From Rhynchopus sp. YZ270_cl-10 (taxonomy: Eukaryota): a DNA stretch of 64,000 nt. Under the pieces are notes generated by a model. It did no database searches. It had not been told where the DNA came from and saw nothing but the letters and a program-made list of their open reading frames with translations. This document shows, in pieces, positions 19,012 through 31,915 of this stretch (position 1 is its first letter; the number at the start of each line of letters is the position of its first letter). Location: contig OZ037847.1 in the NCBI GenBank assembly GCA_964035575.1, positions 682,001-746,000 of the forward strand, in the 5' to 3' direction. The position numbers were made by a program, and so were the translations under genes.

Positions 19012-22000
19012 TGTTGTATTGCTTCTTTATCCCAACCCTATTCTTAGGTAAAAGGTTTCAGTGTATCATACAATTGAAAGTAAAACTGAGGGTGGGTACA
19101 GGCCTGAACCGTGACGGGCCTATTTTCCGGGGTTTTTTCGGCTGGGGACCGGTTTTTTTCCCGCCCTTTTCGCGTCTTTTTTGTGTGCTTTTTGTGCCCT
19201 TTTTCGGGGGTTTTTTGCGCTTTGCGCCCGCCTCCATGACAAATTTGGGAAGCGCTGTGAAAATTTGACCCAATTGAACACAATCTGGGCCATATTTGGG
19301 TGATGGGTGGAGGGATTTTTAGACAAAGCTGATATGGGCTGGCCCCTTGCTCATACGCAGCGCAAAAATCGTCCTCACAGATAGTGTGGAAGAATGGCGG
19401 AGGGGGTACTTGTGCCTCGACGAGGGTGATGGAGGGCTCCAGGTTGGCCAGGGCTGCAGTAATCCTCCGAAATGTGTCGTTGAGGCAGACTTGAAAGAAA
19501 ATGAACCATTGGTTCGTGCACCGCCTCAGCGAAGTGTGGTCCATGAGATAATTTTCGGCGCTGCTGACCAGGGAAGACATTGGGGACAGAGGGACTGTAT
19601 TTTTTTTTTGCGGTGCAAAAAAAATAAAGAAAAAATGGCGCCGCAGGCAAAAAAAATTTAGGGCACGGTGTAAAAATCTAGCTTTTTACACCACAGAGTC
19701 ACTCAACGAACCCTTTGTTGCGGAGCAAAAAATGAATAATAGCGCCGCAGGCAAAAAAATATTTGAGGTACAGCCTGGATGGTGCGGGATTTCATGGTGC
19801 GGTCAGCAACCCATTTCCCCAAGGTACTCCCGTTCAACCACACGGGGGGGACTTGGTGGGGGGGTGTTCTGGATTCGGCACCCCTCCCCCCTTTTTTTCC
19901 CTCCCCGAAAACTGGTTATTTTGCACGAGCGGTCTCATCCAGACACGTGGCATTTTTTATCGGGCTCCTCTGAGCCCCTGTGAACCCCTAAAACGCAGTA
20001 GAGACGGCGGGAAAAAAAGTGCGGGAAAAAAATTTATTTTTCCAAATCTGGGGACGGGGACCGGATTTAGAAAAAGGCCTGGGGTGGGTAGGAACGTTTT
20101 TTTCGGTTAAAAAAAGGTATAATAAAGAGTGTTGAACGTCGGGTGGGGAATGTGCAACCAACTTTAAAATATCTCTCTCCCTTCCCCCGTGTGCTCCCCA
20201 TGTTAGATTGGAGCGATTGTTTATTTTTTTTCTTTTTTTTTCGCAAGTGCAGAATGCAGAAAAGATTTTGCAAATTATTTAAAAAAAAAAAGTTGGTGTA
20301 TTTGGTTGTTAGAACCACTTTCCTTAAAGAAGGGGAGCATCGCCACTCCCCACCCCGTACCCCACAGATTTCCTTTTTTGTGAAAATCTTGGTAAAGTGA
20401 GACCAGGAGTTATGACACTATAATTTTCACACAAAAAAAATAAAATAAAATAAGTATGCTTGTCAACAGCTGCATTTAAGCTGAGAAACAACTTTTCAAT
20501 CGGGGGAAGGAACATTTTTGGGGATTGGGGGAAATAGTGAACGTCAAAGGTTGTCGGTGCAAAACGCTACTCCGCGCACAAACACAACAAAAAAGAAGAA
20601 ACTATGTATTCATCGCCTTTTACCGGGGGGGGTTTTTTTTTGCGACAACTTCACGCATTTTTTCCCAGATGAGTGTGATTGAGCCCAGCCTGGGGGGAAA
20701 AATTAAGTGGAGTATCGCATAAAAAACCCCCCCAGTAAAAGGCTTCGAATACGTAATTTTATTCCGGGTTATTATAAAGTATACGAAAGGATTTGGCACT
20801 TTTAGCGTGACTCAATTATTGTGCGATAACTAACGAGTGAATATTGGCAGTGGTAAGTAAGTGTTCGAGAGTTAAAAAGGGTGAAAAAACAAACAACAAG
20901 AACAACGCACAACGAAGCTGGACAAAAGAGTAAAGTTGAATGGTCAACAGGTATAAAAGGGCAGGCAAGTCATGGGCAGAAGAACAAGAAACAAGCGAGT
21001 ATGCTGTAGCAGTCTGCAGCACTGCAGTTCATGCTGGTCTCAAAACATAAATACAAAAGGAAAGAGAAGTTTGAAAGTGCAAACGCCTCACCGTTCGGCG
21101 GACGCAGGCATTGGTTCTTCGCGGGTTATCGAAAGAAAGTTATTAAGGTGCACTGAGCCGTACGTGCTCAGACACCTAGCAAAATACTGACGTTGGCTGT
21201 TTGAGCAAGACTAGATCACGCACAAAAAAATGCTTCGAATACGCTGCCTGAACAACAATAACAACAAAAGCAAATGCTGGGAAGGGGTGGCAATAATACA
21301 AACAAAACACGTTCACTCAACAAGAGAGACGGAGTTGATGCCTTGACTGGCGTCTGCTCCTCTGGCGTTGGTGTCGGTTCAGACGACGGCACCTCCCACA
21401 CGCAGTCTGTGAGCGAGGATGTTTTCATCCGTGGCGTTGCAGTAGCGCACGACCATTCACTCAATTTGTGTACTGGCGCAGCCAAAGTGGAGCTGCATCT
21501 GAACTGCGCTCAGACCGCTCTCAGCGGTGGTGGTGGTGGTGGTGGTGGCACTTCCACAGCGCAAGCTGTGTCAGGTATACCTCCCCGAAACCTGGCAGTT
21601 GTACGCCACATTGATTCGATGGGGGTGCAGATGCTCTGCAACTTCGTCCAGTGAGGGAAAAGGCGAGGGTATTCCATCGAGGAGTGTGCAAAAAGCGTCA
21701 ACACAAGGTCCTCGGAGAGTGCCGTGTAGTACAGTGTCCTTTGGGACAAAAAAGGTACCTGTCATCCCACATTCATCGTACTCTTGCAGTGCAGGTACGT
21801 CACCTTGAATCCCTGAGGGGTCTGGGTCACATTCTCGTGCAAGAGTGAGACACATTCAGAAGATCTCAGCCCAGTGTGGCTTTTATTTGCGAAAAAAACA
21901 CTGCGTGAAATTATTAAAAAGAATCACGCTAAAAGCGTCAAATCCTTCGTATACTTTATTTAACTGTGGAATAATTTTTAAAAAAAAACGAGGTGTCGGC

Positions 22001-23245
22001 GGGGCTAAAGAGGAAGCTGTCTTCCAAAACATGCACACAACTGGCAAAAGGGGAGGTGTCGGTCACTCACCTGTTCATCATTGAAATAACATTGATTACC
22101 AATGGTACACTCAAATACTGTTGCCCCTTCTTTTTTTTTTTTTGCCTTTTTTATATTTTGCAACCCAAAAGGATTGTGTTCATTGTTTTCATTACAGGAT
22201 ATGTCACCTTTAACGAGTGAGGCGTGTCACGATAGGTTATTTTGCTCGATACAAGAGAAGTCAAACAATCTAAATCAAACCTAATTCAGACATTTCAATA
22301 GGAAACAAGCCCGATTGTGACTTCCCTTTCGCATATGGCAAAGAAAAATAGTAACTCTGAAGTAAAAGCCATCATTCACATTTTCAAAAGAGATCAAACG
22401 ATGTACCGCGTGCACACATCTAAAAAAAAGTTTGTAAAATGAAGCTAGACCTCGCGTGTTTAGCCACCTTTAAAAAAAACGCAAAGTTAAGTGTTGATAC
22501 TGCACGACATCTCACCATGAGACCCAGGCAGAACGGGGTAGATAAAAAACTTGAAAGATGAATAAACCAAGGAGGTTTTGCCCATCTTCGCGAGAGGTGG
22601 GAGGGAGGAGGGAGGAGGGAGGTTTTTTTTTTAGAGTTTTGAAGAAAAGCCTTCACAAATCGTTACTTTTTTTTATTTTATTTTTCTGAGAAAAAAATAA
22701 AGGAACATTTTTGCAGTGTCAAAAGGAATGGGGGAGGGGTTGACAATGTCAACTTATGATCAAAAAAAATATTTTTGAAGATGAACCTCGGAGAGCCTCC
22801 TGAAAATCACCTTCAAAAAATGCAACTGTGTACCGCTGGTAACCTGAAAATAACGAAGGAAGCTGCAGACTCAGGTAGATACAAAGATCTCCTGTTCACC
22901 CTCGCTCTCCCTGCCCCCCTCTCGTCCAATGGGAAGACAAGGCATTTGGCTACTTTGAACAAATCTTAGTTACTCCCGCCGTTTACCCGCGCTTAAGAGA
23001 AACAAAGGCCCTTGTAGGAATCCACAAAAAAAACAAGATATGGGTTGCTATCCACTACACTACGACTATGGTAAAAAGGAAAAAGAAAAAAAATGGTGTC
23101 TTTCTTCGTGGAATGACCGCAATACGGCATTCTGAAGGAAGTTTCCAAATTTTTTTAAAAAGAAAATGAAAGAGAAGAGAAGGCTTGTGTAAACCCAGCA
23201 ACTCAGGAGGACCGCAGTCTGCAGAAAGAAAAAAAAAAAAAGTGA

Positions 23246-23290
23246 AGTTGATAGTGCAAACGCCTCTAGGATACAGGCACTGACTCCGCA
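23246..23290 (-). repeat. Dispersed hairpin, subtype C (also near 21070, 23625, 26725, 31885, 37533, 42440, 44057, 54648)
   Basis: GTTGATAGTGC AAACGCCTCT..GGA..CAG GCACT GACTC; stem AGTGC/GCACT. Confidence 0.75.
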
Positions 23291-24320
23291 AAGAAGGGAC
23301 ACTTGAAAATATGAACACCCCCCTCGCAATCCGAGGTCATCAAGGTCATCGTTAAAAAAAGAAGCAAAAAAGGAAAGGGGGAAAAAACGGGAAATAGATA
23401 AATGTGCTTCTCATACACGCATCTGTTAAAAAGAAGGGGTTAAGATGAACTAAGCCTCTCTCGTGCCCAACATTCTTTAAAAAATGTAAAAAAGAACGAA
23501 ATAAACTTGGACGTGGACACAGTTTTCAGGGGGGATTGTGCATGATAACACTTTGGGGGGGAAAATGAGAGTTTTTAAAGTTAATGAACAGGAGTTAGTC
23601 AGAACATAATACCACAAAGTGGTGGTGATAGTGCAAACGCCTCTACGGACGCAGGCATTAAAGAAGAAAAAAAAAGTCAACAAAACATGATTATGTCTAC
23701 ACGATAACGGTCAATTGGAGGAGCCAACGTTTTTTTTTTTTTTTTCTTTTTTTTGGTTTTGATTTGGTTTGCTTTGTTTTAAAAAAAACTTACCCAAAGG
23801 ATGCAAAGGTTGTATTTTTGTTTTACCTACAGCCGATTCTCGTTGGCAGTTAGCAACGCAGAAAACGGCACATTTTTTATTCCCCAAATTTTAAAAGACT
23901 CTCCAAGGACATCGCTTCGCACCTTACTACGTTGACAAAAAATATTACTTTTTTTTTTTGGCCAGACCATTTGTTTTAAAAGACCTGCCACCAGATCGAA
24001 ACCTGAACACGGGGTACAACTCTGCCATATTATTTCATATGCACTCTTTTCTTACGAAAGGAAGGCATAGAGGGTGCTACAAAGCAGTAGTCTGCCATAT
24101 TGAAAAATACCGGTCAGCTTTTTGGATCCACACCACCCCTCCCCTAATCCCTTTGATAAATTATTGTTAGTTGCCACCTGCAACCCAAGACCTATACGGG
24201 TCACTTACCAGCCAAAGACACGGTCATGAGGAACAGATATCACCCCGCAGGCAAGGAGACGGAAACACTTTTATTGAGAAGTTTGCAATAATTCAAAACG
24301 TCGGCATCATCGGGGGCTCA

Positions 24321-26170
24321 TCACGCGCACACTTTGGCATCATTCCATTTGTAGGTTTGCCCTCGCTGTGGTAGATTTTACATTATTTTTTCTGATTTGA
24401 AAAAAAACCAAATTTTAAATTCTCATTGAAAGACCCACCACGATACTCTCACCCACACAGACAACACCAAAAAAAATCGCTATTTTTGTGATATTGTGCA
24501 TACCATGTAGTAATTTGCCTTCACCTCATCAGCCCTGGGGGGGCCACGTGACCCAAAGCTGTACACCTCTGAGATAACTTCCCTAGCCTCGATTTGTTTG
24601 AGCAGCGGTGTGAAGATCTTCCATGCGGCATCAAGCTCGTCATTTCTCACGAAGTTTGTTGCATTCCCGTTGATGGCTTCGTAGATCAGACTTTCGTATG
24701 CGTCTGGCAAGTTGACACCACCATAACGGTGTCTGTAGGTCAGATCCAGCTCTGTTGTGTGTACATCAGACAGACCGGTCATGCCTGGGTCCTTCGAGTT
24801 AATCTTCAGGTACATAGCCTCGTCAGGCTGCAGCCTAACCACAAGCTCGTTTCTGTCAACTGCATGCCCAAACGGACGGATCTCCGGTTTGAACTGTATT
24901 CTGATGACAACCTCCTTCTTTTCCACACCCTTCGCAGCCTTCATGATGAAGGGAACACCATGCCAGCGGTCGTTGTCTATCCAAAGCACCGTCTGCGCGA
25001 AGGTGGGTGTGTTCGACCCCTTAGGCACCGTGTCATCGTCCTGGTAGCCAGGTGACTTCCCATCCTCGGAGGGCCCGTACTGTCCGAGGACGGTGTCCGA
25101 TGCGGTAGCAGGGTGCACATGGCGGAGCACCTCCACCTTCTCGTCTCTTACGGACTCAGGGTTCAATGACTTCGGCTTTTCCATTGCAATCAACGCCAAG
25201 ACCTGGACCAAATGGTTCTGCAGCACATCTCTAATGATACCTGATAGTTTAGATTACAAAAAAACATACGGCAGTATGACAAACCTGAAGTGTCGAAGTA
25301 GCCCCCACGCCCCATGGTGCCAATGGTCTCTTTGAATGTGATCTGCACGTTGTCGACGCAGGCCTTATCCCAGCTGGAGCTGAAGATCTTGTTTGCGAAG
25401 CGCATGGTGATGAGGTTCTGGACCATCTCCTTCCCTAGGTAGTGGTCGATACGGTAGATCTGGTCTTCCGAGAGCAGCGCGGAGACGTCTTTTGTGAGTT
25501 TCGCGGAGGACTCGGTGTCGTGGCCGAAGGGCTTTTCAATGACGACACGCGTCCACGCAGGGTCAGGCGACATACACGCCTCCTTCAAACATCTGCACGC
25601 AGACAAAAACACCGCAGGAGGCAAAGCCAAATAAAAAAGCCTATTCCCCGGCGAACCCTCCAACTTCTGAACTGCCGCATCCAAAGCCTTGAAGTCCGCC
25701 GTCTCATCATAGGAGCCCTTCTGGTACGACACCCTCGCAAAGAAGTTGTCAATAAGCTCCTCCTTTGTGTCAGGTTTGAAGCCCTTTCTGACTTTGTCAT
25801 GAAGGCCCTGTGTGCCGAGAGCGGAGCGTGCGTAGCCGACGATGTTGACCTTGGGGGGGAGAAGGCCCTGTGCGTGGAGCTTGAAGAGCGAGGGGAAGGT
25901 CTTCTTCTGTGCCAGATCGCCAGAGGCACCGAGGACAATGATCGTGAGGGGGCGCTCATCGAGCACCTGAGGGTAGCGGCGCTCTGTGTGCTTGGCGGAG
26001 GCCTCGTTTTCGAGCTTCTGCTTCATCAGGGGGATGACCCCTGCCATAAACCCCAAGGCATCGTCGGGCTTCTCATCCACCAGCTCCTTCACAAGGCTGT
26101 TCAGCAAGTGATGCACGTTCTTCTCACGCAAGTACTGCTCACTCTGCAAATCCAACTCTCTGGTCCCCAT
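24321..26170 (-). CDS. G6PD: Glucose-6-phosphate dehydrogenase with an N-terminal Dpy-30/RIIa D/D-like extension; exons 25285-26170, 24504-25240 and 24321-24365; 555 aa
   Basis: GASGDLA, EKPFG, RIDHYLGKE, RGGYFD.SG|IIRDV.QNH, DAYE; introns of 44 nt and 138 nt; the last exon supplies the family-typical TYKW. Confidence 0.96.
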
Positions 26171-27473
26171 TTTTAAAGTTTTTCTGTATTGAAGTGAAGC
26201 GGGAGGGGGTGGGTGGTATGGGTGGGTGGGGGGGATTGTGTTTTGTGTGGAAAAGGAGAATAGGGTTGGGTGGCGCGTGTTGTGTAGGTAGCGTGGAATG
26301 CTCAAGGAAAGTAAACTATAAAAGAGTGCGCGTTGTTTGTGTGCAATGAGCGCAAAAGGGGCGCCGCAATCGGGTATCCTGTGCAAAGCGAGAGGAAAAG
26401 GGTTAGATGGTTAACAACATTGTGTCGTTATTGGTCTCGCTGGGATAGCCGTGATTGCAGCAGAAAGAAATATGTTTAAAGATGAACCTAAGCCTCGCAG
26501 AGACCGTCACCTGAAGAAAGCAAAGTGGAAGTTGCTCGGTATCTCTGTCGAGATGCGTGCACTGAAACCCTGTGGTTCGTACACTTTGGCGTAGTTGGTC
26601 GAACAAAGTTATTTCGAAGAAAACAAGTTTTATTTCAAACCCGAACAAAAGAAAAAAACTAGATGAATGCATCTATAGATGCGATTCGAAATGAATTGAA
26701 AAACTGAAGAAAAAAAGAAAGTGAAGTTGATAGTGCACAAACGCCTCTGGGACGCAGGCACTGACTGAATAAAAATACAATAGAGATACTGTTGCGCATA
26801 CATCTAAACACTGCATCCAAAGGTGGCCTTGGCAATGCAAACCACCTCTGCGAACTCAGTCAACTGAAAGAAAGAAGAAAACCTGAATGAATGTGTCCAA
26901 TGAACACACAAAAGTACAAGGACAACGCAAAGAACAAGAACCTGTGGAACGGAGGTCAGAGGAACAATACTAAGCAACAACATTTTCTCCGTTTTCTTTT
27001 TCTGTTGTCGGCACAAAAGAGAAATCGGATTGATAGTGTACGAAAACCTGTTGCAAAGACACATGGACCATCTACTCACCTACCGGACCTTACTCTGAAC
27101 CTATTAATCTAAGGAGCGCTTGGCAACACTGCCGGGCACATTCTTTTACAAACAAACGTTCACTCTGAACTACGAACCGTACAGTAGCATGTTGTGCACA
27201 TAACTGTTGTTGTGTTTGCAACAGCACAGGTACAGTTTTTTTTAGAGCGAGGAACTTCTTAGCATTTCTGCACCGTAAAATTTGTACAGAAACAAAGGAA
27301 TCTAAGCAATATTATGATATTCACCAACGGAAAACATAGATGGGTAAAAACCCAAGCCTCGTGTCGCCCGTACAAAAACATATCCACAAAGGACAAGAAA
27401 TAGCAAGACAACTCACGCAACTCGAGTAAAAGATACAGAACAACCGACTACCGGGAAGCGGGGGTGAGGAAGC

Positions 27474-28364
27474 TCAATTCCGTCCAGCTCGCGCACCCCC
27501 GAACAAGACCCCGAAGTCGATGCCGGATGTCCTTCTCATCATGGGGAAAACCCCGCTGAATAAATCGTCATCGACAAACGAGACAAGCTGCTCGGACATC
27601 ATGCCGGACGACACATCTTGCGTGCCACGTGCTCCAGAGGAGCTTGCCTGGGCACGGTCGCTTTCAGATGCATTTGGATCAGAGTGGACCGATGGGATCT
27701 CATGTCTGCATGTAGGGCATGTGTTGTTGGACTCAAGCCACGGAAGCAGACACTCCTTATGAAACGCATGTCCACAAGGCATCTTGACAACAGCCTCCTC
27801 CTCGCCCTCCTTGAAGTCGTCCTGGCACACAGGGCAGCTGTCGTCCGCCTTCATCTCGCTTTGGGGAACTGTCTCCAATGCTTCGATCGCTGCCTTCGAT
27901 GCACCACGGCTTACTGGTGTCATGTCTGTGTCATCTGCTTCCTCTGTGAAGAAGAACATCCCGAACGGTGTGCGGCGGTGATGGATAGGCCGTTCCTGTG
28001 CGTGCTGGAAGACCGGCACGCCAAAGGCATCTTCTCGTAGCACCACGGCTGCTCTGTAGAATGCCGCAGCATCCACGTAGTCCTGGTACGTGAGAAGCTC
28101 CTCAACGAAGTCCTCCCTGCACACAGAGCAGCGGGACTGTGTGTCCTGCTTGTCGTACACCTGTGCCGCAGCACACCCATGGCACCACGCATACGGCACC
28201 CTCAAGTTGTCCAGCTTCAGCGCCTTCGCCTGGCCGTCCGCCAGATGCACAATGATGCGCTCCCCTTGCGAGGACTGCACAGTCGCAAGCTCGCCGTTCA
28301 AAGCAGTGTTGCGCTGCAGTCCACGGATCACAACTTTATCGCCTGCACGGATTGTAATCGGCAT
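27474..28364 (-). CDS. RING-H2 E3 ubiquitin ligase, RNF126/RNF115-like (SH3-like start, zinc ribbon, RING-H2); paralogue 1
   Basis: WCHGC..CSVCREDFVEE zinc ribbon; CPVC..MPCGHAFHKECLLPWL...NTCPTCR. Confidence 0.9.
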   Translation of the reverse strand: MPITIRAGDKVVIRGLQRNTALNGELATVQSSQGERIIVHLADGQAKALKLDNLRVPYAWCHGCAAAQVYDKQDTQSRCSVCREDFVEELLTYQDYVDAAAFYRAAVVLREDAFGVPVFQHAQERPIHHRRTPFGMFFFTEEADDTDMTPVSRGASKAAIEALETVPQSEMKADDSCPVCQDDFKEGEEEAVVKMPCGHAFHKECLLPWLESNNTCPTCRHEIPSVHSDPNASESDRAQASSSGARGTQDVSSGMMSEQLVSFVDDDLFSGVFPMMRRTSGIDFGVLFGGARAGRN

Positions 28365-29386
28365 TGTTTGTTGTTGCTTTTTTAGAACTTTTTGGGTTTT
28401 AAACTAAAGAGTGTGTGGCAATCGCTGTGGTGTGGTGTGGTTTACTCAGTTGGGGCGAGTCTTGTTTCGTATTATGGAAAACAAGGATTAGGGTGGAGGG
28501 GGTTAATAACAAAAGATACTGGGGTGGAGGGGAGGTGCGTTGCTGTTACTGTGTTGGTTGACTCTAAGAAGTGTACTCGACGGGTTTTTTTAGTGCAGAT
28601 CACCCGAGGATGAGCTTCACTAGTTTTTTTCCCCCCACCCACCCAAAACCAGAGACATATTTCTTTCTTTCTTTTTTTTGTATCACAGTTAGCGGAACAA
28701 GAAAATGAAAAGGAAAAAAAAAACACAGCTAGATAGTTGTATCCCTGACTTTTGTTGTGCAGGTAATACAATAAGACAAATACCATACGTAAAAAAAAGA
28801 CAAATTTTTCTTTTGAGAAAAGCTCCTTTTTAATTTAAAAAAGAGCAACAAAAGAAAACAGAACACAAATCAAAGCAAGAAAGAAAGAATAAACAACGCC
28901 ATTTTTTTTGTCAAAACTGAGATCGAGTACAAACCAGATGTTTGGTGCTGTCATTTTAATAATAAACACAGTTTTTAATTTCAAACAGGAGAAAAAAAAA
29001 TTCACTTGAATTTTTTTGGAGGTCAGAAGGCATAAAGTGAACCCGCGCAACATCAACCTCTCACATTTTCTCGCTTTTTTCCACCACCAGAACAGAAAAA
29101 AAAAGGAAAAAAGAAAAACAGAAAAATCCCCAATTCACCCAAACACACAGCCATACGTTCACTCCAAATAAAATAAAAAGGAAAGAAAGGAAAAAATAAA
29201 GATAAATCCACTGAAACTAATGGAGCGAACAACTGAGTGCTTTCACGGGGAGAGGATTGAATAAAGAAAGGCCGGTCTGGTTGCGGATGAGTACGTTTTC
29301 TGAGAGGGAGGCACTAGGTGACACAGTAGGCAGAGATATAAGATGCGAAGGGAGGCAGTGGCACGGCAACATCAACGTGGAGCGAT

Positions 29387-30439
29387 TTAGTTGCGGTTTC
29401 TACCGGTTAGCATGGCAGCCATCACATCGCCCAGCCCCATGGGCATGGGCAACATCCTGGGTGTCGGCCTCTCCTCAACGTACGGTTGGAAGCGGAAAGA
29501 AACCCCATCACCCATCGTCGACGGGGAAAGGGGCGACCCAGCTTCACGCGGCTGTGGCACTCTCGATGTAGTGTGTGCAGCCCGTTCGCTTTCAGATGCA
29601 TTCGGATCAGAGTGGACCGATGGGATCTCATGTCTGCATGTAGGGCATGTGTTGTTAGACTCAAGCCACGGAAGCAGACACTCCTTATGGAACGCATGTC
29701 CACAAGGCATCTTGACAACAGCCTCCTCCTCGCCCTCCTTGAAGTCGTCCTGGCACACAGGGCAGCTGTCGTCCGCCTTCATCTCGCTTTGGGGGACTGT
29801 CTCCAATGCTTCGATCGCTGCCTTCGATGCACCACGGCTTACTGGTGTCATGTCCTCCTGTTGTTGCTGCAGCTGCTGGAAGAGCATTTCAAACGGGGAG
29901 AACGCTTGCGGTGCGGGTGCGGGTCTGTTGTCGTTGTTGTTGTTGTTGGCCTGGATGTTGATGCTGATGTTTGGCTGTGCCTGGATCGGCTGTGGTGCCA
30001 TGGAAGGGTTGGCAGAGAACTGCATGAAAGGGTGGACAGGTCTTGCCTGGCGTGTGGGGCGGATGCGCACGTTGCGACCCACGAAGGTGGGTGCATTGAA
30101 GAGCTCTCTCGAGAGGGTTGGTGCTCTCCCGATGAAGCTGACACTGTCCACGTAGTCCTGGTACGTGAGAAGCTCCTCAACGAAGTCCTCCCTGCACACA
30201 GAGCAGCGGGACTGTGTGTCCTGCTTGTCGTACACCTGTGCCGCAGCACACCCATGGCACCACGCATACGGCACCCTCAAGTTGTCCAGCTTCAGCGCCT
30301 TCGCCTGGCCGTCCGCCAGATGCACAATGATGCGCTCCCCTTGCGAGGACTGCACAGTCGCAAGCTCGCCGTTCAAAGCAGTGTTGCGCTGCAGTCCACG
30401 GATCACAACTTTATCGCCTGCACGGATTGTAATCGGCAT
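29387..30439 (-). CDS. RING-H2 E3 ubiquitin ligase, RNF126/RNF115-like; paralogue 2
   Basis: Same N-terminal and RING blocks as 27474-28364, with a different Q/N/P-rich linker and tail. Confidence 0.9.
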   Translation of the reverse strand: MPITIRAGDKVVIRGLQRNTALNGELATVQSSQGERIIVHLADGQAKALKLDNLRVPYAWCHGCAAAQVYDKQDTQSRCSVCREDFVEELLTYQDYVDSVSFIGRAPTLSRELFNAPTFVGRNVRIRPTRQARPVHPFMQFSANPSMAPQPIQAQPNISINIQANNNNNDNRPAPAPQAFSPFEMLFQQLQQQQEDMTPVSRGASKAAIEALETVPQSEMKADDSCPVCQDDFKEGEEEAVVKMPCGHAFHKECLLPWLESNNTCPTCRHEIPSVHSDPNASESERAAHTTSRVPQPREAGSPLSPSTMGDGVSFRFQPYVEERPTPRMLPMPMGLGDVMAAMLTGRNRN

Positions 30440-30559
30440 TGTTTGTTGTTGCTTTTTTAGAACTTTTTGGGTTTTAAACTAAAGAGTGTGTGGCAATCGC
30501 TGTGGTGTGGTGTGGCGGTTTTGGGGGAATTGTGATATTCAAAATGCAGAGTTTCCGCC

Positions 30560-31540
30560 AAGGTGTACCGGGGTGTACTTTGGTACACCCCAATATTTTT
30601 CCAGGAAAAAATTGGATTTTTACAGGGATTCGGGGTGTACCAAAGTACACCCCGAGAAAAATGGGGTTTTAAGAGGTTGTAGATGACCCCCCGTGGTCAT
30701 GTGACCCCACCGTGCAGAGCGTTTGGCTCGCTGTGTCAAAAGAAGTGGAAGAAAAGGGGGGTAAAATCTAGGGGAAAAAGAAAAAAAAAAAGTAGCGTAC
30801 CGTGCGCCTGCGGCGCTGTGTTGCTGGCTATTTGATGTTGCTATATTATCATTGACACTTCTGTGTATTGCCCCTTTTTTAAAGGAGGCTTCGGTGCAAG
30901 CGACGAATGCATTCACTTTCTACTACATGTCCCAACGGGATCCCTCTCATCACTCTCACAAGACTCCTTACCTTTCCCCATTGTCTCCTTCATTCCGCTT
31001 CCACCTCCTCCAGCCGAAGTGATGCCCGTATCGCCTCGTCAACCGTGGGAGGGGTCTCCTTCTTGACCAAGACAAGTCGGCTCTGCCGCAGCTTTGGCAA
31101 CTTTTTGGGTTTTAGCACCAGCTTTGATAGCAACCATGTTAAACTTCACAGCTGGTTCGTTTGGAGGTCGGGGGTGGAAGCTTCACAAGGTAAAGGAGTC
31201 TTGTGAGAGGGTGATGGTATTTGCTTTTTTCATTGCATGGCGCTACACAGTGATTACAGTGCTGCAGAGATGCGCCACATATCTGCAGCCCAGTGGAAGT
31301 GACACCTCAACCGGTAGTGAGCGTATCTCGCGCCTCCCCTTCTTCCCTTTCAACCCTTCCCAAAATATTTTTTTGGAGCACCCCCGCACGCTTCGCCTCT
31401 CTACCTGTGTCTGCCAGGGAGGCGCGCGCGAAGCGCGCGACGACCGCTTTTTCGGGGAGAAAAAAAATTTTTTTGGGGGTCATTTTCATGGTACACCCCA
31501 ATTTCTGAAACCCCAAATCCTGGCGGAAACCCTGAAATGA
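30560..31540. mobile_element. Probable non-autonomous or decayed DNA transposon region
   Basis: Palindromes GGGGTGTAC-TTTG-GTACACCCC and its inverse at 30570-30653, GGTACACCCC near 31490, hairpin GCGCGC-GAA-GCGCGC near 31424, GCGTACCGTGCGCCTGCGGCGC shared with about 3854, CTGAAACCCCAAATCCTGGC shared with about 51274. Confidence 0.45.
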
Positions 31541-31848
31541 TCAAAAAAAAAAACTTTTTCTTTTTTTGAATTCAACTAAGACGCACACATACATACGTGT
31601 ACACAAGAAGTAAAATAACGACGAGGGAAGACACGTTTTTCTGCTGTCAGGGTGTAACGGACACACTCAACACCTGCTTTACTTCCGACTTTTGGGGGGT
31701 AGTTGACCCCTCCATCCCAACTAAGCATCACCAAGCACGTGACATTTACACGTGGGTGTTGCAAACACGACTCTACTACATTCTACTTTAAATACATATC
31801 GCTGAGCGAATACGGGAAAGAAACCCGAATAAGTAAGAGAAAACTTGC

Positions 31849-31915
31849 AAGATGAATGTGCCGCACGTGCACACATCTAAAGGTGAAGTGCAAACGCCTC
31901 TGCGGACGCGGCCAC
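31849..31915 (-). repeat. Adjacent dispersed hairpins, subtype B then subtype C
   Basis: AAGATGAATGTGC cgcacgt GCACACATCT directly followed by GAAGTGCAAACGCCTCTGCGGACGC. Confidence 0.75.

Noticed and set aside
25190..25290. Frameshift or pseudogenisation of G6PD and of kinesin (40149-40188)
   Set aside because: Both breaks are resolved by canonical GT-AG introns that restore conserved motifs.
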